This document shows, in pieces, positions 24,660 through 37,474 of a DNA stretch of 64,000 nucleotides. Source of the stretch: Lama guanicoe (lineage: Eukaryota). The stretch covers positions 471,098 to 535,097 of the forward strand of contig MU054096.1 in NCBI GenBank assembly GCA_013239625.1. Reading direction: 5' to 3'. Under the pieces are notes generated by a model. The model made no database searches, was not told where the DNA came from, and was given only the letters and a program-made list of their open reading frames with translations. The position numbers and the translations under genes are program-made. Positions within the stretch are counted from its first letter, which is position 1; each line of letters starts with the position of its first letter.

Positions 24660-25067
24660 TTTTTTTTTTCACCATGATATTTTTTTGTTTTTTGAGTTAT
24701 AGTCAGTTTACAATGTTGTGTGAATTTCTGGTGTACAGCACAACTTTTCAGTCATACATAAATATGCATATATTCATTTTCATATTCTTTTTCTCCATAA
24801 GCTACTATAAGATCTTTGTAAAATGGAATACTATTCAGCCATAAAAATGACAACATTTGCAGCAACATGGATGTCCCTGGAGGATGTCATTCTAAGTGAA
24901 GTAAACCAGAAAAAGAAAGAAAAATACCATACGAGATCGCTCATACGTGGAGTCTAAAAAAAAAAGAACATAAATACAAAACAGAAACAGACTCACAGAC
25001 ATAGAATACAAACTTGTGGTTGCCAGGAGGGAGGGGGATGGGAAGGGACAGACAGGGAGTTCAAGAT
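24660..25067 (-). mobile_element. Short L1 3'UTR with 5' inversion
   Basis: Poly-T and antisense 3' end to about 24813, then sense 3'UTR; TSD TTGTTGTCA(G/T)TCTT at 24646-24659 and 25068-25081. Confidence 0.85.
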
Positions 25068-26619
25068 TTGTTGTCATTCTTGTCTTTAACTTTTCCATAT
25101 GTTGGTGATTTTTTTTTTCTCTTTCTCTCTAAATTTTCCCAAAGAGAGCTAGATCGATGGAAAGACACAAAGACATCAAACAAAAGCCAGAAAACCATCT
25201 TGGGTGTGGAGGGAGAGTATTGACTGAAACCAGGGAGGGTGCTGGAACACAGTGGGCTCCCAGAGAGGAGAATCAATAATGAAGACAGTGTCTGAGCTGG
25301 CCCGGATTTTGTAAATGAAATCCTCTCCTTCCGAGAGCCGCAGGAAGAAGATGAATTGGAAGCGGTATATCCACTCTGGTCATTCTGTCCTAAGTGTTTC
25401 TCCTTCTTCATTCAGTCTTTGAAAGGAAAGGAGGCCCGTTAACTTGGATGGAACCCTTCTGGGGCCCCATCCCTTGAAGATTCTGAGTGCTTGGATCTAA
25501 TAAGCTTTCCAAGGCCCGAGTTGCACTGACTTTGGCTAAATAATGTGTGTCTGAGAATTTCAATTTGCGTCTCAGTTTCAGATTCAGGCATACGGAGAAA
25601 GAGTTCCAAGCCGCCATTTGGGTGTGTGGGATGAGTATGTCTTATGTTCGAGATATTATTAATTTAATCTCCGTGGGTGGGCGGTGGCAGTAGAGAAATC
25701 AGCATTGGTGGTTGGGGAGACGTGATGTATAAAAGGCCTCATCCTTGGTTTCAGGAGAACTGGGTTTTAGAACTGTCTTCTGGTTAGCTCATGGCTTTCA
25801 CTTGACATAAAGTCATTTAACAACAGAATATACCCTACAATAGCTTGGAATTCATTTCTAGCTTGGCAAGTCTATGTCATACCAATCCAGAAGGCCAGGG
25901 ACATTCAAAGAATGAGAGTACAGGGTTATTTTTTGAGACAAAATGGTTGGAAAGAGTTACTTCCGGCTCACAGCTCTGCCTGGCGGCAGATGGCATGAAG
26001 CATTTTACATAAGAGTCAGTGTGTTTGAGTCTATTTGCTGGTTTGGGGATATCTTTATAAAAATTTCTCTTCTCTTTCTTTTTCCATCTCCTACACACAG
26101 CTACCACCTCCATTGTTTTTTCTCACCAAATATGCCCTCATGCGATCCCCACGCAAAAGTGTGAAAATGACTTGGTCTGAACAGGCACTTACCCAGCAGG
26201 TGAATTCCATCAGGGTGGGATGGGAGATTTTGTATCTGTTTCTTCTCAAGTGTTCCATTAATAATGACACAAATTAGTGTCCTTTCAGTATGTCATCTTC
26301 CTCAAGCTTCCAGAAGTATTGTCACTACCAAGAAGCACAAGGAAAATCCAGCCTCAGTGCATGCTTTTAGGATTTGGGGCTTCCCCTGTATTTGTTCCAT
26401 CATTAATGATGGGTGTCTTGTAGAGGGAGAATAAAATTCTGAAAGTGGCCCTCTACAAATGCTAAAATCTATCCACTGGACAGATATGTCTTGAATGTTT
26501 AATGTGCGCATTGCACAGTGAGAGGCACATCAAAAATTATATGTGAGACAGTGGTGGACAACGACTTCTGGTTTTCTATCCCAACAGCCTGTTCGTAATT
26601 TTCATCATACCTACCCATC

Positions 26620-27250
26620 AGCACAACCATTAGCAAATTACGTCAGTCCGATCTTCCTCAAAATAAATACAAAGCCTGATTCCTGAGCCACCATCATCTT
26701 TTACCTGGATCCTTGCTCCAGCTTCTCCCAGACCTTCCTACAGTCCAGACTCCATGAAGAGTCAGAGTGACTCTTTAAATCAAGTTGGTTCAAGATACTA
26801 TTCTTCTCAAATCTCACCAGTGACTTTCCATCTGACTTGGTGGAAAAGGCATGCCCTGGTGTCCCTGCTCTGGTCTCTCACTGCTACCCGGGCTCCACGT
26901 CCGACAGTCCCTCTAGCCCCTCTCCACGCCAGCCACGCTGGACCTCCTATCGCTCCAACATGTCAATCACCTCATGCCTCAGAGCCTTCACACTCCCTGT
27001 TCTTTCTGCCTAGAGTATAGTTCCCTCAGTTGGCTCAACAATAAATCTCCACTGAAACATTATCACCTTACAAGTGGCAACATTCCTGCCTACCAGTTTC
27101 CTGGTTTATCTGTCTATTTACTTTCTCCAGGCACCATTAATGTGAGGTCCATGAGGGTAGGAGCCGGGCCTATTTTGTTCATTGTTCTATTCCTAGGACC
27201 TGGGACAGTGCCTGGCACATAGAATATGCTCAATAAATGTTTATGAAACG
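26620..27250. mobile_element. L2 fragments
   Basis: CCACCATCATCTTTTACCTGGA..TCCATGAGGGTAGG..ACAGTGCCTGGCACATAG..GCTCAATAAATGTTTATG. Confidence 0.7.
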
Positions 27251-28405
27251 AGTTTTCTCCTTTCTCACTAACAGGACACTAAGTCCATTCAAAATAGTAA
27301 TGCATTAATCTGAGAGATGGCATTTTCACCACCTGTCTTGTGTTTAGTAGGAGTGGTTGATTAGATTTAAACCTAAGTCACTGGGTGGGTAAGGGGATTT
27401 GGGGAGGGCCGTATGAAAGAAAATGACTCATCTGGGAGACATCTGCTTTGTTCTTTCCTATTTTCTCTCTGTTCTCGCCAGGAATGTAGACTCGATGGCT
27501 GATGTTCCAGCAGCCATATTGTGTCAGTGAAGACACTCTAATGACCGTAGCCATGTGTTAAAGATGGAGAAGCAAAAGGTAGAGTTTGGGTCCTTCTTAT
27601 GGACACCAGTCCTGGGCTGCTTATCAAGTTATTTCTTTACACTAAGAGAAATAACAGTATTTCAGGGCTCTGTTACTAGTGAACAGGTACAACTCTTAAC
27701 ACTGCAATGGCCATTCTCCTTCAGAAGCTTATATCCATTTCAGGAGAAGGAAATGCAAAGAGACAAGATAATATTATAAGAAGTGGACACAATAACGTGC
27801 CGCAGGAAGGGCATGCTATGCAATGTTACAAATTCATAAAAAGGTCAATATTGAGAGGCTTCATGGGAGTGGTAAGAAGTTGGTTGAGGGTGGGGAAAGA
27901 GAATGACCAAGGGTTTGGCTCTAGAACATTCTTGATATGTTGCAGGGACAGCTTGTCTAGGTTGATAAACAGAACACTCTTATGTAGGAAATTATTTGAA
28001 GACTATGATTAGGGAAGAATGTTGGGATTGAGATGGAGAAGGGTAGACTATTGACAGTGGACAATGAAAGCAAAGAGTGGGAATGAGAAAAAATACAAAG
28101 AATTTGGTCATGGGAAACAAAAGAGTAAGGGTGGTTAGATAAGAGGAGACTGTTGAAAGATGCTGAAGCCAATCACAAAAATAGAGAAGTCAGGATGAGC
28201 TCCTAAGGGAAGATGAAGGGCCTGACTTCAGACACATTTAATTCAACAGGCATATTTAATTTGGATTTCAGTCTACTTGGTTTTTCTATCTTTTCTTGAG
28301 CATTTTTTCCCCATTTCTTTTGACTATACTGTCATTCATTGCATCTTGATTTTCAAATTTTTGGCAAAAGGGACACAAAATATTCCTTAAAATTATTGGC
28401 ACCTA

Positions 28406-28498
28406 GAATATGAAAACAAATATATGTATGTATATGCATGACTGGGACATGATGCTGTACACCAGAAATTGACACATTGTAGCTGACTGTACTTCAAA
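28406..28498 (+). mobile_element. 93-bp L1 3' tip with perfect 17-bp TSD
   Basis: GAATATGAAAAC..GCATGACTGGGACAT..GTACTTCAAA; TSD AAAATTATTGGCACCTA at 28389-28405 and 28499-28515. Confidence 0.92.
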
Positions 28499-28769
28499 AA
28501 AATTATTGGCACCTATTTCAAAACTAGAGTAATTCTTTCCTATTGCATTCTTAATGTAGTATTCTTTTTGTTTTTTCTCATTTATGGTCTTACTTAGCCT
28601 ATCAGGTATTTATCCATATCTTCAAGTATTTAAGGAAATTTGTTTTAGTTTCATTTATCTATTTTACTTAATTTTTTTCTTTATCAATGTTAGCTCTTAA
28701 ATTACCTATTTCCTTCGGCTTATTTTGTATTCTCTTCCTTCCATTCCTAGTTTGCTGAGAGTTTTTACT

Positions 28770-29220
28770 CTGAATGAATGTTTGAAAATCCAAAGCTTTT
28801 TCTGCATCTGTTAAGATGATCACACGATTTTTCAAAATTTGTTAATATGGATTTTTGTTAAAATGGTCACTGAATTTTAGATTTTAAACTAACATGGCCC
28901 AGGAGAAACCATGTTGGATAATCCTTTTTATATAATGTTGAATTTAATTTGCCAAAAAAAATTTTTTTTGTTTCCTTCTATGTTCATGTGGGATATTGGT
29001 CTGTAATTTTCTTTTCTTATAGCATCTTTGATTTGGACTCAGAGTAATGCTGGATTAAACGATTAAATTGGGAAATGTTTTCTCCTCCTGTAATTTCTGG
29101 AAGAATTTGTGTAGAATTGATGTTATTTCATCTTTAAACTTTAGAATTCACGAATGAAGTCGTTTGGCCTCAGTTTTCTTTGTGTGAAGCTTGTTAACTA
29201 CTTCAATTTGTTCTATAGAT
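28770..29220 (-). mobile_element. Old L1 ORF2 fragment
   Basis: GCTTTTTCTGCATCTGTTAAGATGATC..TATGTTCATGTGGGATATTGGTCTGTAATTTTC. Confidence 0.75.
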
Positions 29221-29224
29221 GACA

Positions 29225-29480
29225 GTGATGATGCTAATAGCTAATCTATTTTATAGCTTATCATGTGCCAGGGGTTATGAAATTTATCTGAATATGTAAG
29301 TCACTCCTTACGACAGCATTATGAAATTTGTGCTCTTACTCATCTCTTTCTTAGATAAAGTAACCAATTCTTAGGGAAGTTAAGCAATGTGCGGAAAACA
29401 CACACCTAGTGAATAACAAAGCAAAGTTTCAGATTTCTGTCTTTCCTACTCTGGAATCAGAATCCTTCCACCACCTACTG
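29225..29480. mobile_element. MIR
   Basis: AATAGCTAA..GCTTATCATGTGCCAGG..TTAGGGAAGTTAAGCAA..ACACACCTAGTGAATAAC. Confidence 0.65.
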
Positions 29481-30847
29481 ATTGTGGATTTTTCATTCTA
29501 GTAGTGGGCCTGAGAGTAGGAAGCACAGTCTCTCCTTCATTCATTTATTCATTCATCCACTCATTTCTTGCCGATGCAACAAGCATGCTAAGTCTCACCA
29601 TAGGTCTCACCACGTGTCAAGCTCTGTGTACTAGGCATGCTAATCAGGGACCATGAAATGAGGTGGGTACCAAGGTTACGTAATTGAGGATGAGTGCAAA
29701 TGCCTCCTGTTTGTCTCCAGAGAGAGGTTTTCTGCCTAGATCCTCAGGAATGCTTACCTTTGATGGTATGATAGCATTTTTTTTGCATCTTCTCCCCCAC
29801 TTAACTTTCCAAAACTACCTTCTAACCCCAAATCATCTGATTCAAAACTCCCTCATCCTTAAGAATCTTTTTACCTGGATGCCAGTTCAGATTAGTACCA
29901 CCAATAAAATGCCATTTTTTGACAAGTAAATGCAGAAAGTAAACAATCTCTACAGACCCTAAATGCCATCTGCTGTGCTAGACAAACCCAAAAATCTCTG
30001 GTGTGGAGTTTTCAAGAAGCAATTGAAACTAAGTCTGCATAATTTCCTTAGCAATCAAAAAAAAAAAAAAAAAGAGTCCCCTTCCCGCAGGTCCCCCACC
30101 ACCCAGTGTTTTTTGATTTCTCATGACAGCCCTGAAGTATTAAATCCTCACAGGTATCCCAGCATTTATTTTCTTGCTGTGTAGGGCGGAGGCAGAATGA
30201 AATCGTCCATGAATCTGCAAGGAGGTTTTCAATCACGTTTTGTCTTTTACTTGAAAACCACATGCTCCTTTTCCTAGAATACTTTTTGGTTGGGTTAAAG
30301 GAGGCTAGAGTTGAAAATGTTCTTACGCTTAAAAAATAGTTATTGCCAGGAGGGTTTTTCCCAGTTTGAAAAATAATGCAGCGTGCCGCCAAGGAAACAC
30401 ATGTGTCACAGGGACTGGAAGCCAAGAGGCTAAAAACAAACAAAATCCAGCACCAACAAAAAAACCCAACCCTAACATCTGCTTAGGTATAAGTCAATGC
30501 TTGGCAGGAAAAGTGAGCCTGCATCTGTTTGGCTGTCTAGACCCGCACCGTGTGGTATATGCTGTGATCAATCCAACTGGAAAGCAGGACCCAGACAGAG
30601 GCAGCCATGAGCTTGTATCCAGTGATTCCCAGGATTGTCACAAGTTTGGCTCTAGGTCTCAAAATCTGCTGTCAAATCTCCGGGTTAAATTACTGCAGAC
30701 AATCAGATGCTGATGCACATAATTCTAAAATATAAAGAGTCCTGACAATAGTCTTCAGTCCACGACATCATGTTACAAAGGAGGAAACTGAGGGACAAAG
30801 AGGCTAATTAACTTGGCTAATAGCCAACTTGTGGGCAGTGAATACAA

Positions 30848-32715
30848 CCCACCAGGATGCTGACACAGATACAGTCAGGACACAGAACAGTCCCTTCCCC
30901 ACAGGGATGCCTCGTGGGACCCTTCTGCAATCACCCCCACTTCCCTCTTGCCTGCATTAATTCCTTCCTTAACCCCTGGCAACCGACTAATACTCTGCCC
31001 TCCATTTCTGTAAGGTGGTTATCCCACAACGTTATGCAAGTGGAAACATACAGTATGAAACCTCTTGGGACTGGCCTTTTGTCCACACAGCACAATTCTC
31101 TGGATTTCATCCAGACCGTCGGGCGAATTGATCATTCATCCCTGCTCCTGCTGGGTACTATTCCGTGATGGCTATGTATCGAGGTTTGTTTAACCATTCG
31201 TCAGCTGAAGGACAGCTGCATTGTTGCCAGCTTGGAGCTATTATGAGTAAAGCTGCTATAAATACTCTTGTACAGGTTTTTATGTGAACGCAGGTCTTCG
31301 TTTCTCTGGATAAATGCCCAGGTATGCAATTGCTGGGTTGGATGGTAGTTACCGTTTAATTTTTTTTTTTAAGAAACCAATAAACTGTTTTCCAGAGGAG
31401 CTAAACAATTTCATACCCTCTCAGCCATGTATGAATCATTAAGTTTCTCCACATCCTGCCGGCACTTGGCATTATCACTATTGTTTATTTTAGCCATTCT
31501 GATAAGTGGAGAGTGATACCTCACTGTGGTTTTCATTTGCATTTTCCTGGTGGCTAATAATACTGAGCATCTTTTCATGTGCTTATTGGCCATCTGTGTG
31601 TCTTTGGTGAAATGTCCCTTCATGTCTTTTCCCCAGATTCTAATTGGATTGTTTGCTTTTTTATTGTTGAATTTTGATAATGATTTATATATTTGAGATG
31701 CTAACCTTTGTTGGATATGTGATTTGCAAATACATTCTCCCAAACTGTAGCTTGTCTTTTTATTCTCTTAACAGGGTTTATTTTTAATTTTGATGAGGTC
31801 AAACTTGTAAATTGTTCCCTTTTTGGGTTATGATTTTGGTGTCAGGTCAAAGAACTGCCTAGTTCTAGATCCTAAAGATTTTCTCCTGTTTATACTGAAA
31901 AGTTTTATTGTTTCACTTTTAGGTCCATTATGAATTTTGAGATTTTTTTTATAAGGTGTAAGGTTTAGGTAAAGTTGGGGTTTTTGGTTTGTTTGTTTCT
32001 ACCATTTGGTGAAAAGGCTAAACTTCCTCCATTAAATTGCTCCTTCACCTTTGAAAAACTCACTTTGGCATGTTTGTGTGGATTCTATGCTATTTCTGGA
32101 TTCTTTATTATGTTCCATTAATCTACCTCGATAATCTGTCTGTATATCTCTCTGCCAGTGTTAACACAGCTATAGAATAAGTCTTAACATTGGATTGATT
32201 CTTCTCACCTTATTTCTCTATGTGAGGATTTTTTAGCTAATATATAGTGTTCATCTTTTCATATAAATTTTAGAATAAGCTTATCTATATCTTTATACCC
32301 AACTTGTAGCACCTTACTGCTTCCAACTGATCCATATACTATTTTTGAAGTGATGGTTATGACTTCAAATAAGTTTATCTATATATACAAAAAATCTTGT
32401 TGGGATTTTCTTAGGAATTATGTTAAATCTGTAAATCAGTTTGGGGAACTGACATCTTTAACATGTTTTTTCTTTCAGTCCATGAAGAGGGTATGCTCTC
32501 CATCTGTTTAGGATTTTAAAATTTTTCTTGCATCAGAATTTTGTAATTTTCAAGCATACAGATTCTACACATATTTTGTCAAATTTACATCTAAGTATTT
32601 AATTTCCTTTGAAGTGGTTATAAATGATATTGTGTTTTAAAATGTATTTTCTACATGTTTGTGGTTAGTAGACAAAAGGGCAATTGATTTTTGTGTGTTG
32701 ATCTGATAAATCAAT
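30848..32715 (-). mobile_element. L1 (L1MC-like) 3'UTR and ORF2 C-terminus
   Basis: ORF 31411-31743 (KKANNPIRIWGKDMKGHFTKDTQMANKHMKRCS..MQMKTTVRYH) is the ORF2p C-terminal region. Confidence 0.88.
32291..32360 (+). repeat. 70-bp dispersed direct repeat; donor copy at 33529-33598
   Basis: 69 of 70 bases identical (CTTTATACCCAAC[T/A]TGTAGCACC..GATGGTTAT). Confidence 0.95.
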
Positions 32716-34764
32716 ATTTTAAGAAGAAATTTTATTTAACAAATATTTATTAGTATTCTATGGAAATCACATCATATCATGGGAAATATTAAAGTGTAGT
32801 TAAGTACGACCTGTATTTTGACCACGAACAAACCACTCAATTTGTCCATAGCAGAGGTTCAAGAAGTGAAAAACATGAGATCTAATTTGAGTCCATAGAT
32901 TATCTGGGATACTTGAAGAGCAGGTGAAAAGCTTTGCAAAGGAACAGAAAGAAACTATTGGGTAAAATAAGTCTAGAGAGTATATCAGGGTGGAAATTTC
33001 AGGATACCTGGGTTCTCACTGCCCTCTATCTTTTTTCCTGTGGCTCCCAATGACTTCCTCATCCACCAATGGTTCATATCACATAAGTCCTTTTTCCCCA
33101 ATAACATGTTTTGGAATCCAGTGAAATTGGACTCATGGACTTGCTTTTGAAACATAAAAATACAACCATATTAGGTTAGCAAAATGTTCTTCCCTCCAGT
33201 GATTTAAATAACTAAGAACCATTTTTCGCTTGGAAAACGTTTTAGCACAAAGTTATGATGTGTCTGATCAAGGTAGTCTGTCTACACACAGACATGTTTC
33301 TGGGGAACAGGAGTTAATTACATCACACCATGTAGGAGTGAGTGCCCCTTCCATCCAGGCCAACTGGGCATCATTACAAGTGAGTAATTGCACCGCTTTT
33401 CATCAGTTGCCTAAATCATTAGAACACAAGATTATTAAACCAAGACCCTACCAATTTAGCTTCTCAAGGATGGAGTCTATTAGACCATCTGCTACCTTAT
33501 CAACACCAGACGCAGCAAGTCCAGGCAACTTTATACCCAACATGTAGCACCTTACTGCTTCCAACTGATCCATATACTATTTTTGAAGTGATGGTTATTT
33601 AATTGCTGGAGCTAACAAGCAACCCCACAACTGCTTCTAGGCTATCAGTAAAATTTGCCAAAAGTGGACTGTTTGGTTCGAAAAGAGCCATCGCATAACG
33701 TAAGATTATTTCAAATCACATTGTTCAGGCTGGAGTCTAGAAAGACTATTTCAGGAAGGCATGAGTGTTAAAGAGAGAATTGTGACCTCATTCTCTTCTC
33801 TGCTAAAATCCTCCCTGTGGAGGCTCAGTTATTTCAAAAAGATGAACAGCAAAAGAGAAATATGGAATATAGAAAATAGATGCACTTATTTTTACCTTTT
33901 CCCTCTTACGTTACATTACACCCTTTCTCTCCCTGAAGGCAGAAGTCGTTTCTCTATTGTCTACTATCATATCCAGTGCCTGATAGGTGCTTGACAGGCA
34001 TTTCATAAAGAAATGAATGTTGCCTAAATGGTTATATAGGTATATACACATATACAGGCAGAGAGGTGAAGGAGGTTGTGCACACATATACAGGCAGGAA
34101 GAAGGAAGGAAGCTTTTCAGGAAGCAACCAGTCAGCGTAGTCACCTTCATCTCCTTTGGGAACTTCTGAGGACCAGAAAGTCTGGAAGAAATAATTGGGA
34201 CATGCTAGAGGAATGACTCGCTGGCTGAGCATTGCAGAAGAAAACGATGGTGCTCTGGGTGACGATGGGATGGAGGAGTCATCCTCTCTCCAATAAATCC
34301 ATCTCCACCATTCTTCTCCCATGAACCCCCAACCTCTGAAGTAATAAGACCCACCTACTTAACATCACTTAACCGCTCATTGCTTGAGAGTGGATTTCAC
34401 ATCTCACCTAAGTGTGTGACAACCTTGTAAGTTTTTCAGAAGGTTGGAACTTCTAAAGTGCACCTGGCAGAGCACAAAGAACATACTGGGCACTGCAGCG
34501 TGACTGGTGAGAGGACCCTTGTTTTGTCCCCTCTGCAGTTGAGGGGGAAAGAACTTTTGTCTCTATACCGCCTTCCACGAGGTTCTTCAAAGTTCAAAGA
34601 GGTAAATCACTCCAATTACAAAGATTCCCTCTGACCCTCTTCAAAGAATTTGTGGGTAACAGAATTTTTGGATAGCATCCTCCTTAAAAGGATGTCCCCC
34701 TAACATTTCTTTAGTCAGATTGCTCAAAATTAAAAACATATTTGAAATGTTTGAAAAGAGCGAT

Positions 34765-34975
34765 GCTATAACAGAGAGTGGCAAACTGGGTTCAAATCCA
34801 GGTTCATTCCTTTTAAGCCTGTGACCAAGGTAAGTTATTTAGCCTTTACAATTCTGAGTTTCCTTTTCTGCAAAATGGCAATGATGAGGTGGCTGTGAGA
34901 ATGAAATGTGCATGAAACTATTTAAGACAATGCCTGCATTTTGGTGAGTGCCTGTAAGTGGAGGTAATTACCAGC
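34765..34975. mobile_element. MIR
   Basis: CTGGGTTCAAATCCAGGTTC..TGTGACC..AAGTTATTTAGCCT..CTGCAAAATGG. Confidence 0.7.
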
Positions 34976-37084
34976 TTTGATTAGCCTCTCTGATCCTTGA
35001 TCTCCTCTGCAGAGGGGGATAACAGTCCTGTTCCTCTCCATGGGGAGGCAGTTGGGTGAATGTGGATGTGCACCAAAAAGTATCCTTTGGAACGATCCAT
35101 CTGGTATCTGCTAAGCTTTCTCAGTATGACCAAGAGCCAGACATCAGGTTGTGGTAGGAAAACTATTTCTAATAAAATTATACTCATACCTCCCATGTCA
35201 CCAATATAAAAATCAATACAAACTCCTTGTGAAAACCAATGAGGGAACCTGTAGAAAGTCAATGGCTCCAAGTGGTCTCCATGTATAATTGGCTACTGTG
35301 TCGGTAGATGGCAAATGGCGCATAGGAGATCATAAGGCTTCGTGGATTTATTTTTTCATTCAACAAACATTTGCTGAGGGTCTATTATAAGCCAGGTGCT
35401 GGGCAAGTCACTGCATGGATAGGTAGATGGATGGGTGGAAGATGGATGGATAAATTTAAGATGGTTATATCAGTGGATGGATGGCTCTCCAAAACGTGAG
35501 GCAATTAACACCTGATTTAAACCAACCAAACACCACACTACCCTAGAAGAGATCAAGGGTAGAGAGTATATTCTTTTTTAAGGAATAAAGTCAGATCTAT
35601 AACCATTTGGACACATACCATTTCAGATGTACTTTGGGCTCTGAATGAAGCTTCTTAGGTGTTTGTAATAGATAAGCAAGAGTTAAGAGTAATTTCAAAT
35701 GTATTAGGTAAAACTTTTTGTTGATTTTACTCCCAATGGACAGATTCCTTTATTCCTTTTGTGTAGTAAATGCTTTCCTCTTCCCCTGTTAGAGAATCTC
35801 CAGGGTTTAATATATTGGAGCAGAACCCGTCTTAGAAGTCTTCAAAGCAGAAACTAAAAGTCTCTGTTATGTTTTCATTTATATTTTCAGTTTTTATAAA
35901 GTGTACCCAAACTTTGCTTCTGGAAAACTCATTATTTATCTTAGTGATTTGCCTGTCCTTAGTATAGCCGTTAGGAACGTCAGCTTCCTGAAGACAAGAA
36001 CTTTCCGGCTGTTCATAGAAACATTTTCACATGACACAGTACCTGGAATCTTTGCTGACTGAATGAATCAGTTAATAAACTCAAGGCCCAGGTTAAGTTT
36101 CATTACTGCTCTTGTGATATCTCACCCTGCTACCTGTGGACCACACCTCTCCAGTGCATTGTAACTTTCCACTTTTGCAGTTCCACTTTAGCTTTGACAG
36201 CAAGGCATGTTCAAAGAAAAAAGTCAGAACAATAGGAACAGAGAAAATAGATGAAAGTCAACTGTACTTAAACAAAATCAGAAAACGCCATCTGAGTTAC
36301 ATTGGTCATTTCTCACTCCTGATCCCAACAACAGTGGCTCTAATATGTTTTAAAATCAAGTTACTCCTTTCCCTTTTCTCAGATTAAATTAGATTACTTC
36401 TCTTCAAGAGGTGTGGCTTTTCTTCCTCTTCTTCTAATCTTGAAAGTTCTAGGCAGGAATATCTGTCTTGGTACAAATTCAAATGCTAGTTGATAATCTC
36501 TCCTTGTAATAGCCAAGCATTGAAATGGACCAAATTCCCTATTTTTCCCAGTTAAAAGCAGAGCATTCTACAAACACAAAGAAACAGTCCTAGTGGATTT
36601 CCCCACCCCCAGGTCTTACTAGTTTCTGGTCTCTGGGTTGTTTAACCTTCATCCATCAAGACGCCTAAAATAACGTGCCTGGATCTATTTATACAGAAGG
36701 TTTCAACTGAATCCTACCCTCCTAGAATTCTTGATCAGCTTGCTAGATGTTAATGCACTTTCCTCATTTGTTTCATTAAGAGAAGTTAGACTTTATTTTC
36801 CAATAATAAAAATCATAATTTTAATAATACCTCCCCCATCCTCTCCCCAGCATATTAGGCTTCTCCAGAGTTTGAGTCTTTTTAATTTAGCCAAGCGTCT
36901 TCCAAAGCCCTGAACTGGAGGAAACACCCATCTCTACCACTTAGACATGTGTCAGTCTAGCCTGTCTTGAGGAAGTACTTTAATTTGATCCAGAATATTT
37001 TCCAAGGCAAGGGAAAAGGCAGCCAGTCCAACATGTAGGACCAGAAATGTCATTCTCAGGTTCAAGTGGCACTTGGAAGCTCCT

Positions 37085-37474
37085 GTTTGTTATGTCCCCC
37101 CTCCAAAATTATGTCCCTCCTGAAATGTATGTGTTGAAATCCTAACCTCTAGTACCTTAGACCATGACTGAATTTGGAGATGAGGTCTTAAAGAGATAAT
37201 TAAAGACAAATGAGGTCATATGGGAGGGCCCTAATCCAATATGGCTGGTATCTTTATCGGAAGAGATTAGGGGACAGAAGTACACAGAACACCATGTGGA
37301 AAGGAAGAAGACAGGCAACTGTAAGCCCAGGAGAGAGGCCCTCAGAAGGAACCAACCCTGCTGACACCTTGATCTGGGACTCTAACCCTCCTGAATTGTT
37401 AGAAAATAAACTTGTATTATTTAAGTCATCCGGCCTGGGGTGTTTTGTTACAGCAGCCCGAGCAGACTAATACA
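37085..37474 (+). mobile_element. MaLR solo LTR (MLT1A/B-like)
   Basis: TGTTGAAATCCTAACC..CCCTAATCCAATATG..AACCAACCCTGCTGACACCTTGATC..TTTGTTACAGCAGCCCGAGCAGACTAATACA. Confidence 0.88.

Noticed and set aside
31411..31743. L1 ORF2-like ORFs (also 12581-12829, 42660-42842, 60190-60920) as functional CDS
   Set aside because: Short fragments of truncated, frameshifted L1 copies.
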